DNA of 61,626 nt, the filler included, from Chiloscyllium plagiosum (lineage: Eukaryota), in assembly GCF_004010195.1 (NCBI RefSeq). It is 4 parts of one record of this genome, joined end to end, with 100 filler letters (N's around TTAATTAATTAA, not from the genome) between each part and the next. Parts side by side here need not be neighbours in the genome. Positions count along the whole stretch, not along the records: positions 27,751 to 53,076 come from NC_057713.1; positions 53,177 to 61,626 come from NC_057713.1; 2 more parts are not named here. One strand, written 5' to 3'. A program made the translations under genes and the position numbers. Shown piece after piece: positions 45,987 to 59,149 of this stretch (the first letter of the stretch is position 1; each line of letters begins with the position of its first letter). The notes under the pieces are model-generated. The model was given only the letters and a program-made list of their open reading frames with translations. It had not been told where the DNA came from and made no database searches.

Positions 45987-48700
45987 AAACAGAAGTTGCT
46001 GGAAAAGCTCAGCAGGTCTGGCAGAATCTGTGAAGAGAAATCAAAGTTATGGTTTCTGATCCGGTGACCCTTCCTTAGAATGATGATAGCTAGGAAAATG
46101 TCAGTTTACATGCAGAAGATAGGGTGGGGAGGGGGTAAGTACTAAATGATAGGCAGTGATAGAGCCCAAAGAGAGAGAAGAACAGTTGAACAGACAAAGG
46201 AGTTGATGACGATTTGGCTGGGAGGGTGAATAGCTGTTAATGGAGACTGTTAGTGGATAACAATAGATAGTGTGTAATGGCAGACTATGTGATAACAAGG
46301 CCTGGTATGTGTGTAGGGGCTAGGACATCAGGGAGTTCAGGCCCTAAAATTATTGAATTCAATATTGAGTCCAGAGGCCTGCAGGGTCCCCAAGTGGAAA
46401 ATGAGGTGGTGTTCTTCCAGCTCACGCTGAGCTTCACTGGAGCCCTGCAGCAAGCCTGAGACAGAGATAGTGGCCAGGGAACCGAGTGGGGTGTTAATGT
46501 GGCAGGTAACTGGAAGCTCAGGGTCATTTTTGCAGACAGGACATAAGTGTTCTGTGAAGCGATCACCCAGTCTACACTTCATTTCCTCAACATAGAGGAG
46601 ATCACATAGTGAGCAGCGAATGCAGTATATTAAATTGTGGGAAGTGCAGGTAAAGTGCTGTTTCACCTGGAAGGTATATTTGGGCCCTTGGATACAGAGG
46701 AGGGAGGAGGTAAATGAGCAGGTGTTACACTTTCAAAAGTTGCATGGTAAGGTGCCCTGGAGCTGGGGCAGTGTTGGGAATGAAGGAAGAGTGGACCAGA
46801 GTGTCCTGGATAGAACGGTCCCTGCGGAAGGCAGACAAGGGAGGGGACGAGAATGTGTGTCTGGTGGTTGCATCTCGCTGGAGGGGGTGAAAATGGCGGC
46901 TAATGATCTTTTGGATGTGGATGCTGGTGAGATTTTAGGTAAAGACAAGGGCAACCCTATCGCTGTTGCAGGAGGGAAGAGAGGGGTTGAGGGTGAAAGA
47001 GTGGGAGATGGGTCCCAGTTGAGGGTCCTGTCAGCAACAGTGCTGGGGAATTTCTGAGGCTCCCTTGTTGAAGCTAGCCTCGTTGGAACATATGTGATGG
47101 AGATGGAGGAAGTGAGCTAATGGATTGGAGTCTTTATAGAAAGCAAAGTGCGAGGATGTATAGTTCAGGTAGGGAGTCGATGGGGTTATAGTGGATATTA
47201 GTGGCTAGTCTAGTCCCAGAAATGGAAACAGATATTGAGGAAAAGAAGGAAGGGAGGAGTCAGAGATAAACCAGATGAAAGTGAGAGTGGGGTGGAAATT
47301 GGAAGAAAAATCTATGTACTTTTCCAATTCCAGATGAGAGAGAGAAGTAGCACCGATTATATTATCAGCACACCTGGAGAAAGATTTGTGAGTGAGGGTC
47401 AGAGTGGGACTGGACTAAGGAATGTTCCACGGCCACCCCACAAAGAGACTAGCATCACTGGGGCCCATGTGGGTACCCACGGCCACCCATCTGACCTGAA
47501 GAAGATGGGAGGAGTTAAAAGAGAAGTTATTGAGGGTGAGGACGGTAGTGGTGGGTGGGGATGGTTCAGGCCGTTGCTCCAGGAAGATGCAGAGAGCCCT
47601 GAGACTGTCCTGGTGGGGAGATGGACATAAAAAGGGAGCCTGCAAATCTGAGGGAAATTCTGAAACTTGTGTAAAGCGCTAGGGGAGTCGTGATGTATGT
47701 GGGCAGGGACTGGACTAGGGGAGAAAAGACCGAGTCGAAGTAGGAAGAGATGGGTTCTGTGGGGCAGGAGCAGGTATAAACAATGAGTTTACACGGGCAA
47801 TCCTGTTTCTGGATTTTTGGAAGAAGGTAGAAGCGAGCTATGCAGGACTTGGGGACTATCAGCTTGGCAGAGTCGGGGGAGATCACCTGATGAGATGAGG
47901 TCAGTGACTGTTGCTGATACAGTGGCCTGATGTCCATGGTGGGGTTATGGACCAGGGGGAGATAGGGGCAGGTATCTGACAGCTGGCACTCAACCTCTGC
48001 AACGTAGAGGTCAATACACCAGACAACAACAGCACCACTCTTATCATCAGGCTAAGTAACAAAGTCAGGGTTGGATTGAAGCAGACAGAGTGCAGTCAGT
48101 TTAAAGGAAAATACATTGAATTGGGTGAGAGAGGCAGAGAAATTGAGGTGACCAATGTCACGTTGACAATTCTCAGTGAACAGATGGAGTGCAGGTAAAA
48201 GTAGGAGGGTAGGGTGTAGGTGGAGGGAGAGTGTTGGAGCTGGGCAAAGGGGTCTGTGGGATGGGGAGAGGACCCTTCTCCATAGAAATGTGCACGGAGG
48301 CGAAGACGACGGCAGAAGAGTTTGATGTCATGTCGTGCCTGAAATTCATTAAGGTGTGAACACAGAGAGATAAAGCGGAGACCTTTGCTGAGTATAGAAC
48401 ATTCAGCATTGGACAGCAGAAGGTCAGGAGAGATGTGAATACCTGACAAGAGGTACGGTTGGGAGAGGGGATGGAGTCAGAGGGAAGGGGAGGGGAGGAA
48501 AATTCCAGAGGGCCATATGTATCCCTGAGTTGTTGCAACTTGTGGGCCTTGATGCCTGAAAGGAAAAGAAAAAGTTTCTTGTTCGTGTGGCGAATGAGCC
48601 AAAGGATGAAGTGGAACTGGGGAGTGGTGCAGCCCTGAGCCAGTGTGTTGCAATGTTGTTGGTGAGAGAGGTCGAGAGTGTGGGGTTGGAGCTGCACTCC
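45987..48700 (-). mobile_element. Penelope-like element (Neptune-type), decayed RT + GIY-YIG endonuclease
   Basis: LSNAECSILSKGL, ARFYLLPKIQK, VAVGTHMGPS, HFTCTSHNLIYCIRCSLCDLLYV..RLGDRFTEHL, IFHLGTLQASGLNIEF. Confidence 0.9.
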
Positions 48701-48900
48701 AGGCAAGTGGAGAGTATTTTGTCACTCTCCTGACTTGTGCCTTGTAGATGGTGGACAGGCTTTGGGATGTCAGGAGGGGAGTTACTTGCTGCAGTACTCC
48801 TAGCCTCTGACCCGTTCTTGTATCCATGGTAGCTTGAGCTTTACCTGCACCGAAGATGTGTCAAACCCTATCTGAATAGATTGATTCAATTTTTTTTTAA

Positions 48901-49100
48901 GGCGAATGTGAGACCTGCAGATTCTGGAGATTAGAGTCGAGAGAGTGGTGCTGGAAAAGCACAGCAGCTCAGGCAGGATCTGAGGAGCAGGAAAGTTGAC
49001 ATTTCGGGCAGATTCCTGATGAAGGGCTTTTGTCTGAAACATCAACTCTCCTGCTCTTCAGATGCTGCCTGACCTGCTGTGCTTTTCCAGCACCGCACTA
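48901..49100. mobile_element. Short Penelope-like hairpin element with 10-bp TSD
   Basis: ttttttttaa at 48891-48900 and 49101-49110; arms 48946-49010 / 49031-49096 around cctgatgaagggctt. Confidence 0.75.
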
Positions 49101-50252
49101 TTTTTTTTAAACACTCATGTCCAGCTATATCTGATTGTCCATGCTGGTGACCTCTCTTTCCCTGATGTTGGGCATCAGTGGAGTTGTCTGAGACATCACG
49201 GCACTCCCAGTAAAGATGAATATCACCAGTTTCTCTCGAAGAGTGCCTGTGCAAATGCTGACAGAAGCATTAACATTTCCCTTTGCTGCTGCTCCACAAG
49301 TTTTTTTTATTATCTATGACCTTAACACTCAGCATCCACTTCCAGTTTGGGATGCTTTACAACCTCCACTGCTACTTCTACCTGCAACACCTTATTCCAT
49401 TCACATGTGATGCATTCTCCCCCATGTGACAGTGGTTTCATAGTCTTCATTAGAATCTTAATTCAGATTCATATTGTGTTATATTCCACCGTGTGGATTT
49501 GAACCCAGGACCCAAGAATCTATTTATCTCTACCTAGCAAATGGTGTTGGAGCTGCAACCATACAGGCAAATGGAGGCTTTTGTACACAATCCTGATTTT
49601 TCCCTTCTTTATGCTAGAAATGTTTTGAGGCCTTATCAAACAGATATTCTGAGATCTCACCAATGTGGCGGTATGTTTTGATTGTCACAAAAGATTTTCT
49701 CCTTTAACTTGTGTACCTCTATCAGTTTCATTTCCTGCTGCTTTTCTTCTGCCTATAATATGTATGTGTGAATGTCCAGAGTAAGTCACATGATAAGAAA
49801 TCCAAGACAGAAATATTTTCCTGCTAGCAATTTTCACAAACTGATCTCAGTCACACAATTGAGGAAATTTATTTTGAATTGTTACTGTCAAAACTGATGT
49901 TTCATGAATTTTATCATTCGACGTTTCTGAACTCAATAACTTTCTGGATTGACAACTCATGCAGATACCACATCTGTTTTCTAAAGGCAAAGGTAAGGCT
50001 GCAGCAACTCCGTTACAGGTTGTAGAATTTCTGAGACAGCAGCTTTTGGTTTAAGTCTCTCATTGATTGCCTACATCCAAGGCTTTTGAGCAGGTATCTT
50101 CCAGTTGCTAACTCGTCTAAAATTTGACCTATATGTTAGAATGGATGTAACTCTGACATAAGCGTTTCATATCAAATTTCAATTCCATGTACCGAGCTTT
50201 TGCACAAGAAAATCAGTGTAGAATTAAATACTTTTTTTTAAATTTCCTAAAG

Positions 50253-50303
50253 CACGAAACTAACAGAGGCTGAATATACGGAGCTGTTACATTCCATAAA
50301 TGG
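50253..50303 (+). CDS. GGH: Gamma-glutamyl hydrolase, coding exon 3
   Basis: cctaaag|C..GG|gtgagt; 51 nt, phase 2/2; (S)TKLTEAEYTELLHSING matches the GGH ..EYxxLFxSING exon. Confidence 0.93.
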
Positions 50304-50391
50304 GTGAGTTATACAACTGATTGGAGTTTACTACCATCTTTTTCATAAAAATAAGTAAACGTTAGCGAGTTTAGAGAAGATATGTAGCTTA

Positions 50392-50716
50392 GGATGTAGT
50401 TTTGCTCGCTGAGCTAGAAGGTTCATTTTCAGATGTTTCGTCACCATACTAGGTAACATCTCAGTCTGGACAAAGGTCTGCTGATATTTCCTGCTTTCTA
50501 TTTGTGTTTGGGTTTCTTTGGGTTGGTGATGTCATTTCCTGTGGTGATGTCATCACCATAGTAAATGACATCACCAACCCAAAGAAACCCAAACACATAA
50601 ATAGAAAGCAGGAAACATCAACAGACCTTTGTCCAGAGGCTCACTGAGATGTTACCTAGTATGTTGACGAAACATCTGAAAATGAGCCTTCCAGCTCAGC
50701 GAACAAACCTACATCC
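50392..50716. mobile_element. Palindromic Penelope-like tail element (near-perfect hairpin)
   Basis: ggatgtag..ggtgatgtcatcacc..ctacatcc; arms are reverse complements; degenerate ctga-gatgttacc..gacgaaacatc core. Confidence 0.85.
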
Positions 50717-50731
50717 ATAAGTAAAAGTTGT

Positions 50732-51119
50732 TGTGGTTCTGTTCACCGAGCTGGGAATTTGTGTTGCCGACGTTTCGTCCTCTGTCTAGGTGACATCCTC
50801 AGTATTTGGGAGCCTCCTGTGAAGCGCTTCTGTGATGTTTCCTCCGGCATTTATAGTGATTTGTAACTGCCGCTTCCTAGAGGCATGGCACTCATCCACA
50901 GATTCAATCAATAAGCACATCAACCTGGACCCAATATACCGGCCACTGCAGCGGACAGCTGGAACTGACAACCGGAAGCGGCAGGTACAAATCACTATAA
51001 ATGCCGGAGGAAACATCACAGAAGCGCTTCACAGGAGGCTCCCAAGCACTGAGGATGTCACCTCGGCAGGGGACGAAATGTCTGCAACACAAATTTCCAG
51101 CTCGGCGAACAGAATCACA
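50732..51119 (+). mobile_element. 5'-truncated Penelope-like (Poseidon-type) copy with inverted terminal repeat
   Basis: ~145-bp arms around a spacer encoding FLEAWHSSTDSINKHINLDPIYRPLQR (endonuclease C-terminus); CTGAGGA..GAAA cores in both arms. Confidence 0.88.
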
Positions 51120-51259
51120 GTAATGCTATTGACATCTTCATTGCAGCAGCTTGCTTTTATGGGTAGTAGGCTTAAGTCTTTTAAAAATAGCTGCTAAGCG
51201 AGTTACTATTGTAGTTTTTACAAATATACAGATCTGAGTTGGGAGTTTCACAACATCCT

Positions 51260-53076
51260 TCCTATATCAGGGGGACCAGAATTGAACGCACTAGTCCAAT
51301 AGTGACCTAACCAATGTCTTGTACATCTGCAACGTGACTTCCCAACTCCTATACTCGATGGACTGAACAATAAAGGAAAGCATACCAAACACATTCTGCC
51401 TGCAACACCACTTTCATGGAACTATGAACCTGCGCTCTAAGGTCTTTTTGTTCAGCAACATTCCCCAGGACCTTACCATTAAGTGTATAAGTCGTTCCTT
51501 GATTTGCTTTTCCAAAGTGCAGTACCTCGCATTTATCTAAATTAAACTCCATCTGCCACTCCTCAGCGCATTGGTCCATTTGATAAAGATCCCGTTGTAC
51601 TCTGAGGTAACCTCCGCTGTCCACCTCCAATTTTGGTGTCATCTGCAAAATTACTAACCATACCTCCTATGTTCACATCCAAGTCATTTATATAAATGAT
51701 GAAAAGCAGTCTACCCAGCATTAATCCTTGTGGTACACTGCTGGTCACAGGCCTCCACTTTGAAAAGCAACTCTCCACTACCACCCTCTATCTTCTACCT
51801 TTGAGCCAGTTCTGTATCCAAATAGCTAATTCTCCTTCTATTCCGTGTGACATAACCTTGCCACCAGTCTACCATGAGAAATCTTGTTAAATGCCTTACT
51901 AAAGTCCATACAGACCACATCCACTGCTCTGCCCTCATCAATCCTCTTCGTTACTTTTTCAAAAACACTCAATCAAGTTTGTGAGACATGATTTCCCACG
52001 CACAAAGCCATGTTGACTATCTTTAATCAGTCCTTGCCTTTCAAATACATGTAAATCCTTCTCTCAGGTTTCCTCCCAAGAACTTGCCTACCAACAATGT
52101 TAGGCTCACTGGTCTATAGTTCCCTGGCTTTTCCTTACCACCTTTCTTAAATAGTAGCACCACATTAGATTTCCAGTCTTCTGGGACCTCACCTGTGGCT
52201 ATCAATGATACAAATATCTCAGCAAGGGGCCTAGCAATCACTTCCCTAGCTTCCCACAGAGTTTGAGGGTTTACCTGATCAGGCCCCAGGGATTTATCCA
52301 TCTTTATTGTTTTAAGACATCCAGCACACCTTTTCTGTAATATGGACATTTTCCAAGATGTTGTTATTTACTTCCCATGTTGTCTTTCTTCCATACCCAT
52401 CTCCACAGTAAACACTGATAGAGTCATAGAGTCATAGAGATGTACAGCATGGAAACACACCCTTCGGTCCAACCCGTCCATGCCGACCAGATATCCCACC
52501 CAATCTAGTCCCACCTGCCAGCACCTGGCCCATATCCCTCCAAACCCTTCCTACTCATATACCCATCCAAATGCCTCTTAAATGTTGCAATTGTACCAGC
52601 CTCCACCACATCCTCTGGCAGCTCATTCCATACACGTACCACCTATGCGTGAAAAAGTTACCCTTTAGGTCTCATATCTTTCCCCTCTCACCCTAAACCT
52701 ATGCCCTCCACTTCTGGACTCCCCGACCTCGGGGAAAAGACTTTGTCTATTTATCCTATCTATGCCCCTCATAATTTTGTAAACCTCTATAAGGTCGCCC
52801 CTCAGCCTCTGAAGATCCAGGGAAAACAGCCTCAGCCTGTTCAGCCTCTCCCTGTAGCTCAGATTCTCCAACCCTGGCAACATCCTTGTAAATCTTTTCT
52901 GAACGCTTTCAAGTTTCACAACATCTTTCCGATAGGAAGGAGACCAGAATTGCACGCAATATTCCAACAGCGGCCAAAACAATGTACTGTACAGCCGCAA
53001 CATGACCTCCCAACTCCTGTACTCAATACTCTGACCAGTAAAGGAAAGCATACCAAACGCCTTCTTCACTATCCTA
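51260..53076 (-). mobile_element. Two CR1 copies (RT fragments; the second begins at ~52420)
   Basis: FADDTK, VPQG, GNYRPVSLT and LEYCVQFWSPSYRKDVVKLESVQKRFTRM. Confidence 0.92.
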
Positions 53077-53176
53077 NNNNNNNNNNNNNNNNNNNNNNNN
53101 NNNNNNNNNNNNNNNNNNNNTTAATTAATTAANNNNNNNNNNNNNNNNNNNNNNNNNNNNNNNNNNNNNNNNNNNN

Positions 53177-53467
53177 GCCTTCCTAACCTGCAATCTTCTT
53201 CCTGACCTCTCCGCCCCCACCCCACTCCGGCCTATCACCCTCATCTTGACCTCCCTCCACCTATTGCATTTCCAAAGCCCCTCCCCCAAGTCCCTCCTCC
53301 CTATATTTTATCTTAGCCTGCTTGGCACACTTTCCTCATTCCTGAAGAAGGGCTTATGCCCGAAACGTCGATTCTCCTGCTCCTTGGATGCTGCCTGACC
53401 TGATGCGCTTTTCCAGCAACACATTTCCAGCTCTGATCTCCAGCATCTGCAGCCCTCACTTTCTCCT
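53177..53467 (+). mobile_element. Penelope-like 3' tail with hammerhead-like core
   Basis: cctgaagaagggcttatgcccgaaacgtcgattctcc at 53341-53377. Confidence 0.75.
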
Positions 53468-54027
53468 GTATAAATGCTGAAATCAGACAGCAATGTATTA
53501 AAAGCAGAGCAGCATTAATGCAGGATTTTAAATCTTAATATAGAGTGAGAGAGTCAGACAAGCAGCTGCCAGAAAGTTTGTGAATTTTTAGAGTGTGTCC
53601 AGGGTAGTCTCCAAAGCAATACATCTTGGACGTGACAAGGGTCAAGCAATATTTGATCTCGAAAAGAGCAATTAGTTGATTTAATTAGTGATCTAGTTGC
53701 TCGTGAGTTGTCAAATAGTGATCATAACATGACTGAGTTTCATGTATAATCCATAAACAATAAACAAAGATTAGATACCAGAATTTTGGATTTAAGTAAG
53801 GCAGGCTTGAATGGGATGAGGCAGAGACTGTCCAGAATAAATTGAAAAACTCTGCTAATTGGTAAAACAACCAAGGAAGAGTGGAAGGTGTTCAGATAAA
53901 CATTTAATGCCATTCAGAAGCAGTTTGTATACTTGAGAAGGAAAAGCTCCACTTCTCACAAAAAAAAGCCATGATCATCTAAAGAGGTAAAGTGAATCAT
54001 CAATAATGGGGAAATTAATGAGATTAA

Positions 54028-54350
54028 AGGGCGGCATGGTGGCTCAGTGGTTAGACTGCTGCCTCACAGCATCAGGGACCCGGGTTCGATTCCAGCCTCG
54101 GGCGACTGACTGTGTGAAGTTTGCACATTCTCCCCGTGTCTGCGTGGGTTTCCTCCGGGTGCTCTGGTTTCCTCCCACAGTCACAAAAGATGTGCAGTTC
54201 AAGTGAACTGGTCATGCTAAATTGCCTGTAGTGTTAGGTGTATAAGTCAGAGGGAAATGGGTCTGGGTGGGTTACTCTTCGGAGGGTCAGTGTGGACTGG
54301 TTGGGCCGAAGGGCCTGTTTCCACACTGTAGGGAATCTAATGTAATCTAA
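54028..54350 (+). mobile_element. HE1/V-SINE-like SINE
   Basis: gggcggcatggtggctcagtggttag..gggttcgattcc..ccacactgtagggaatctaa. Confidence 0.9.
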
Positions 54351-57020
54351 AGAGTGACAAATCCCCAGTTCCTGATGGGATTTCCATAGAGCTCATTGCT
54401 AATGGCCTGACTATAACCTTACAGAGATCTCTGGATTCAGAAGTTGTACCTCTGGATTGGAAATTTCCACTCTTGAAGAAAGGTGACCGAGAGAAACCAG
54501 GGAATTACAGACCAGTTAGTCTGACATCTGTGATTGGGATCACCAAAATATGTCAGTTAATCAGGGAGAGTCAACATGGATTCATGAAGGGAAGGTCATG
54601 CCTGACACACCTCATAGAGATTATTGAAGAGGTAATGAAGATGGTGGACAAGTAAGTGGATGGATGTTGTTTATACAGTATTCCAGAAAGCTTTTGGTAA
54701 AGTCCCATACAAGACACTGTTAGCTAAAGTGGAAACCCATGGAACTGAGGATAAGTTACTGACATTTGAATGTGAGTTTAAGAGTATAGTTAGTAAGTTT
54801 ACAGATGACACCAAAATCGCAGGTGTAATGGACAGCGAAGAAAGTTACCTAGGATTACAACTGGGTCTTGATCAGATGAGTGAATGGGTTGAGATGTAGC
54901 AGATGGAGTTTAATTTAGATAAAAGCAAAGTACTGCATTTTGGGAAAGCAAACCTTAACAAGACCTATACGCTTAATGGTAAGGTCCTAGGGAGTGTTGC
55001 TGAACAAAGAGACCTTGGAGTGCAGGTTCATAGCTCCTTGAAAATCGTGTCACAGGTAGATAGGATAGTGAAGAAGGCGTTTGGTATGGTTTTCTTTATT
55101 GGTCAGAGTACTGAGTACAGGAGTTGGGAGGTCATGTTGTGGCTGTACAGGACATTGGTTAGGCCACTTTTGGAATATTGCGTGCAATTCTGGTCTCCTT
55201 CCTATCGGAAGGATGTTGTGAAATTTAAAATGGTTCAGAAAAGATTTACAAGGATGTTGCCAGGGTTGGAGGATTTGAGCTACAGGGAGAGGTTGAATTG
55301 GCTAGGGCTGTTTTCCCTCGAGTGTCAGAGGCTGAAGGGTTATTTTATAGAGATTTACAAAATCATGAAGGGCATGGATAGGGTAAATAGACAAGGTCTT
55401 TTCCCTGGGGTCGGGGAGTCCAGAACTAGAGGGCATAGGTTTAGGGTGAGATGGGAAAGATATAAAAGAGACCTAAGAGGCAACGTTTTCATGCAGAGGT
55501 TTGTGTGTGTGTGTATGGAATGAGCTGCCAGAGGATGTGGTGGAGGCTGGTACAATTGCAATATTTAACAGGCATCTAGATGGGTATATGAATAGGAAGG
55601 GTTTGGAGGGATTTGGACCGAATGCTGGCAGGTGGGACTAGATTGGGTTGGGATATCTGGTCAGCATGGACGGGTTGGACCGAAGGGTCTGATTCCTTGC
55701 TGTACATCTCTATGACTCTATTTATAGGGAATTGGTTGAGCAGCAGGAAACTGAGATTTGGAATAATGAATGAGTATTGAAATTGGCAGGATATGACTTG
55801 TGGTGTCCCACAGGGATCTGTGTTGGGGTTTTAATTACTCACAATAATCATTAAAGAATTGGATATGGCAAAGTCGTCAAATATTTAAATTTTCTGATGA
55901 CACAAAATTAGGCAGCATTGTAGTCAGTGTTGATGACAGCATAAAATTACAACAGGATATTGATTAGGTGAATGGGCAAAGCTGGGGCAGATGGATCTTC
56001 ATAGAAGCAAGTGTGAGGTTATCCATTTCAAACCAAAAAAGAAAGATCAGGCTATTATTAAGAAGGCATAAAGTTGACTATAGCAGATGTCCAATGAGTT
56101 TTGGGGATTTAAGTGCATAGCTCTCTAAATTGCCACAAACAGGTGCAGAAAATAGTCAGGAAGGCTAATGGAATTCTGGCCTCCATACCTAAAGGATTGG
56201 AGTACCAGGATGCAGACATTCTACTGCAGTTATATACAAAACCCGAGTTAGACCTCACTCGGAGTACTGAGAACAGATCTGGGCCCCACACCTTAGGAAG
56301 GATGGTTTGACCCTGGAGGGAGTTCAATGCAGGTTTAAAAGGATGATCCCTGGACTTTTGGGATTAGGATATGAGGAGACTAGCCTGTTTTCTCTTAAAG
56401 TTCGAAGGTTAAGGGGTGATCTAATCCAGGGCTTCAGGATATTAACAGGGAACGACAGGTGGATAAAGATAAACCATTTCCACTGGTTGAAGATTCTAGA
56501 ACCAGGGGCATAGTCTGTGAATTAGGACCACATCGTTCAGGAGAGATGCTGGAAAGCACTTCTATACACAAGAGAGTATTGGAGGATTGGAACTCACTTT
56601 CGCAAATGACAGTCAATTCGAATTCATTTGTAAATTTAAATCTAAGATAGACAAATGTTTATGAAGGAAGCACCAAATTTCTTGGCCTATACCTGGCTGA
56701 GAATCTCACCTGTTCCCTTCCACACCAGCTCCATAGCCAAGAAAGCCCAGCAGCTCTCTACTTTCAGTGCAGGCTGAGGAAATTGTATAGTTTGTGCTGT
56801 CCCTGTAACACCCTCGATCCTGGAAGAACACTGTCTCTTTTTTACTATATCAGTTGTATATTGTAGAAATGACAAATAAAGCTACTTTCCTCTACATTAA
56901 GGAATATAGCCCAAAGGCAGGTATATGGAGTTAGGGCACAGACCAGCCATGATCTTATGAATGGTGGAACAGATTTGAGGGGCTGAATGGCCTCCTTCTG
57001 TCCCCATGTTCCTATGTTAT
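54351..57020 (+). mobile_element. Old CR1 RT with a younger CR1 3' half nested at ~54770-55720
   Basis: GNYRPVSLTS..QHGFMKGRSCLT; the younger copy has the 206-aa ORF 54903-55523 and a ctctatgactctat tail; the older copy resumes with GVPQGSV-like and ADDTK-like sequence. Confidence 0.88.
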
Positions 57021-59149
57021 TGTCCCTGTAGTGAAAGCCAGGTTAGTTTTTGTTCAAATAGGAATGTAAAAGCAAATCTGAATTCTCTGCTTTCTGATGG
57101 ATCAGAGGTAGGGATCTGGATCTATCTCCGTTACAACTATAAAAACATCTTATTAAAACATCCTCAATAAGAAAAGTAATTTCTGGAATGTGGTGATCAG
57201 CGTACATGTTTCTCCATTGTCCTTATGAATGGTATCTTCCAGTTTCACCTTGACACACGATAAGATCCGAGTTTCACCCGTGCACATTATCATGATCGTG
57301 AAATGTTTTTCACATCTCGTTCTTAGGAATTTCCCTGCAAAACCAAAAACTCTACAAGTCTACCGTTCAGATAATTATTTAGATTCAGGTCATTACTAAT
57401 CCACAAGAAATGACTGTTGCATTTTAATGACCTCTCAATGAGATGTTCTGAAAGTTCATTTGCATTTTAATGTGTTCTCAAGATGTGAAGGCTATCTCCA
57501 GGGTCCTTGTGCAGTTACATGTACACTGACAGGAAAGAAAAGGTCACCTGACCTCTCAACTCCATTTTGTTTTAATAAAATGCTCATTTGAAATCTCTAC
57601 TGCATTTATTCAAATCAGTGAGTCCATATTGTGTGAATGTGACAGTGGGATAAAAGATGGCAACTAGAATAAAATGCAGGGATATGTGAAGTTCTGCATG
57701 GGTACATCTTTATGACTCTAAGTTAGTCACTTTGGGCATAAGAGTGGTAAAGCAGAATTTTTTAAAAAGATGGTCATTCACAGGGATATATTTATATCAT
57801 ATAATCGTAGAATCCCTGCAGTTCTGATATAGAGGCCATTTGACCCATCAAATCTGCGCTGACTCTCTCCGAAGAGCTTCCCACACAGACCCATCCCCCT
57901 ACCGTATCCCTGTAACCTCACATTTCCCATGGCTAACCCACATAGTCTGCACATCACTGGATACTATGGGCAAGTTAACATGGCCTGTCCACCTGGAGGC
58001 CTGGAGCAGAGCAGGACGGTCAGGGAACACAGTGGGGACGGTTGATTGACTGGGGACCAGTGCACAGTTAGTGGCTTGCAAGTCCGGTCAGACCACGTGT
58101 GGTAGGCCCCTGCTCTGTGTTATTGAAATGTAATGTTTATCGGCAATCTGTTTATCTGACTGTAATGTGTTTCCTTTTAATTTTATGCCTTACTTTTCAA
58201 ACTTATAAAACGAATCTCTGTAAGGTAATGGAACACTTTTGTCTTTATTTATCTGCTTTGTATCTAAGATTTGTACCAAGGTACTTTGTATCTAAGATGG
58301 CATCATGGGAGGTGACATTGTAAAGTTTTCACTGTATTTCCTGTACTTGAGTACACAGGACAATAAACCTAATTTGATTCTAATTCTTTGGGCTGTGGGA
58401 GGAAATCGAAGAAACATAGTGTTAGCAAGCAGGCACAGCAAACAATTAAGAAGGAAGATGCCATGTTGACCTTTATTGCAAGGGTTTTGGAGATTCAAAA
58501 ATAAAGAAATCTTGTTGCTATAAGACCATGAAAATAGGAGCAGGCTATTCGTCCCATCAATACCATCCCACCATTCAATGAGATCATGGCTGATCTGGTA
58601 ATCCTCAACTCCAGTTTCCCACCTTTTTCCTATAACCCCTGATTCCCAGTTACAATTGTACAAGGCTTTGATGAGGCCAGATCTGGAATACTCTATGATG
58701 TTTTGGTTTCCATTTTTAAGAAAGGGGGTACAGCAAGGATTGACTAAACTGGTCTCTGGGTGAGAGGGCTGTCCAATACCAGGCTGAGTAAATTGGGCCC
58801 ATGCTGTACGCAGTTTAGAAGAATGAAAGGCAATCTCATTGAAACATTTTAAGGGCTGTCTTTATGGCACAGTGGTAATGACCCTACTCCTAGACCAGGT
58901 GGCCTGGGCCCAAATTCCAACTCCTCCAGAGGCGTGTAATAACAACTTTGAACAGGGTTAACTTTTTTTCTTTAAATTCTGAAAGGTCCTCATAAGGTAG
59001 ATACTGAAAGATTATTTCCATTCAGCTGAGAATCTAAAATATGGCCATACAGTTTCAGGATAAGAGGTCAATCATTTATGGTTGAATCGAGGTAAAATTA
59101 TTTGAGGGATTATAAATCTATGGAATTCTCTGCCCTAGAGAGTTGTGGA

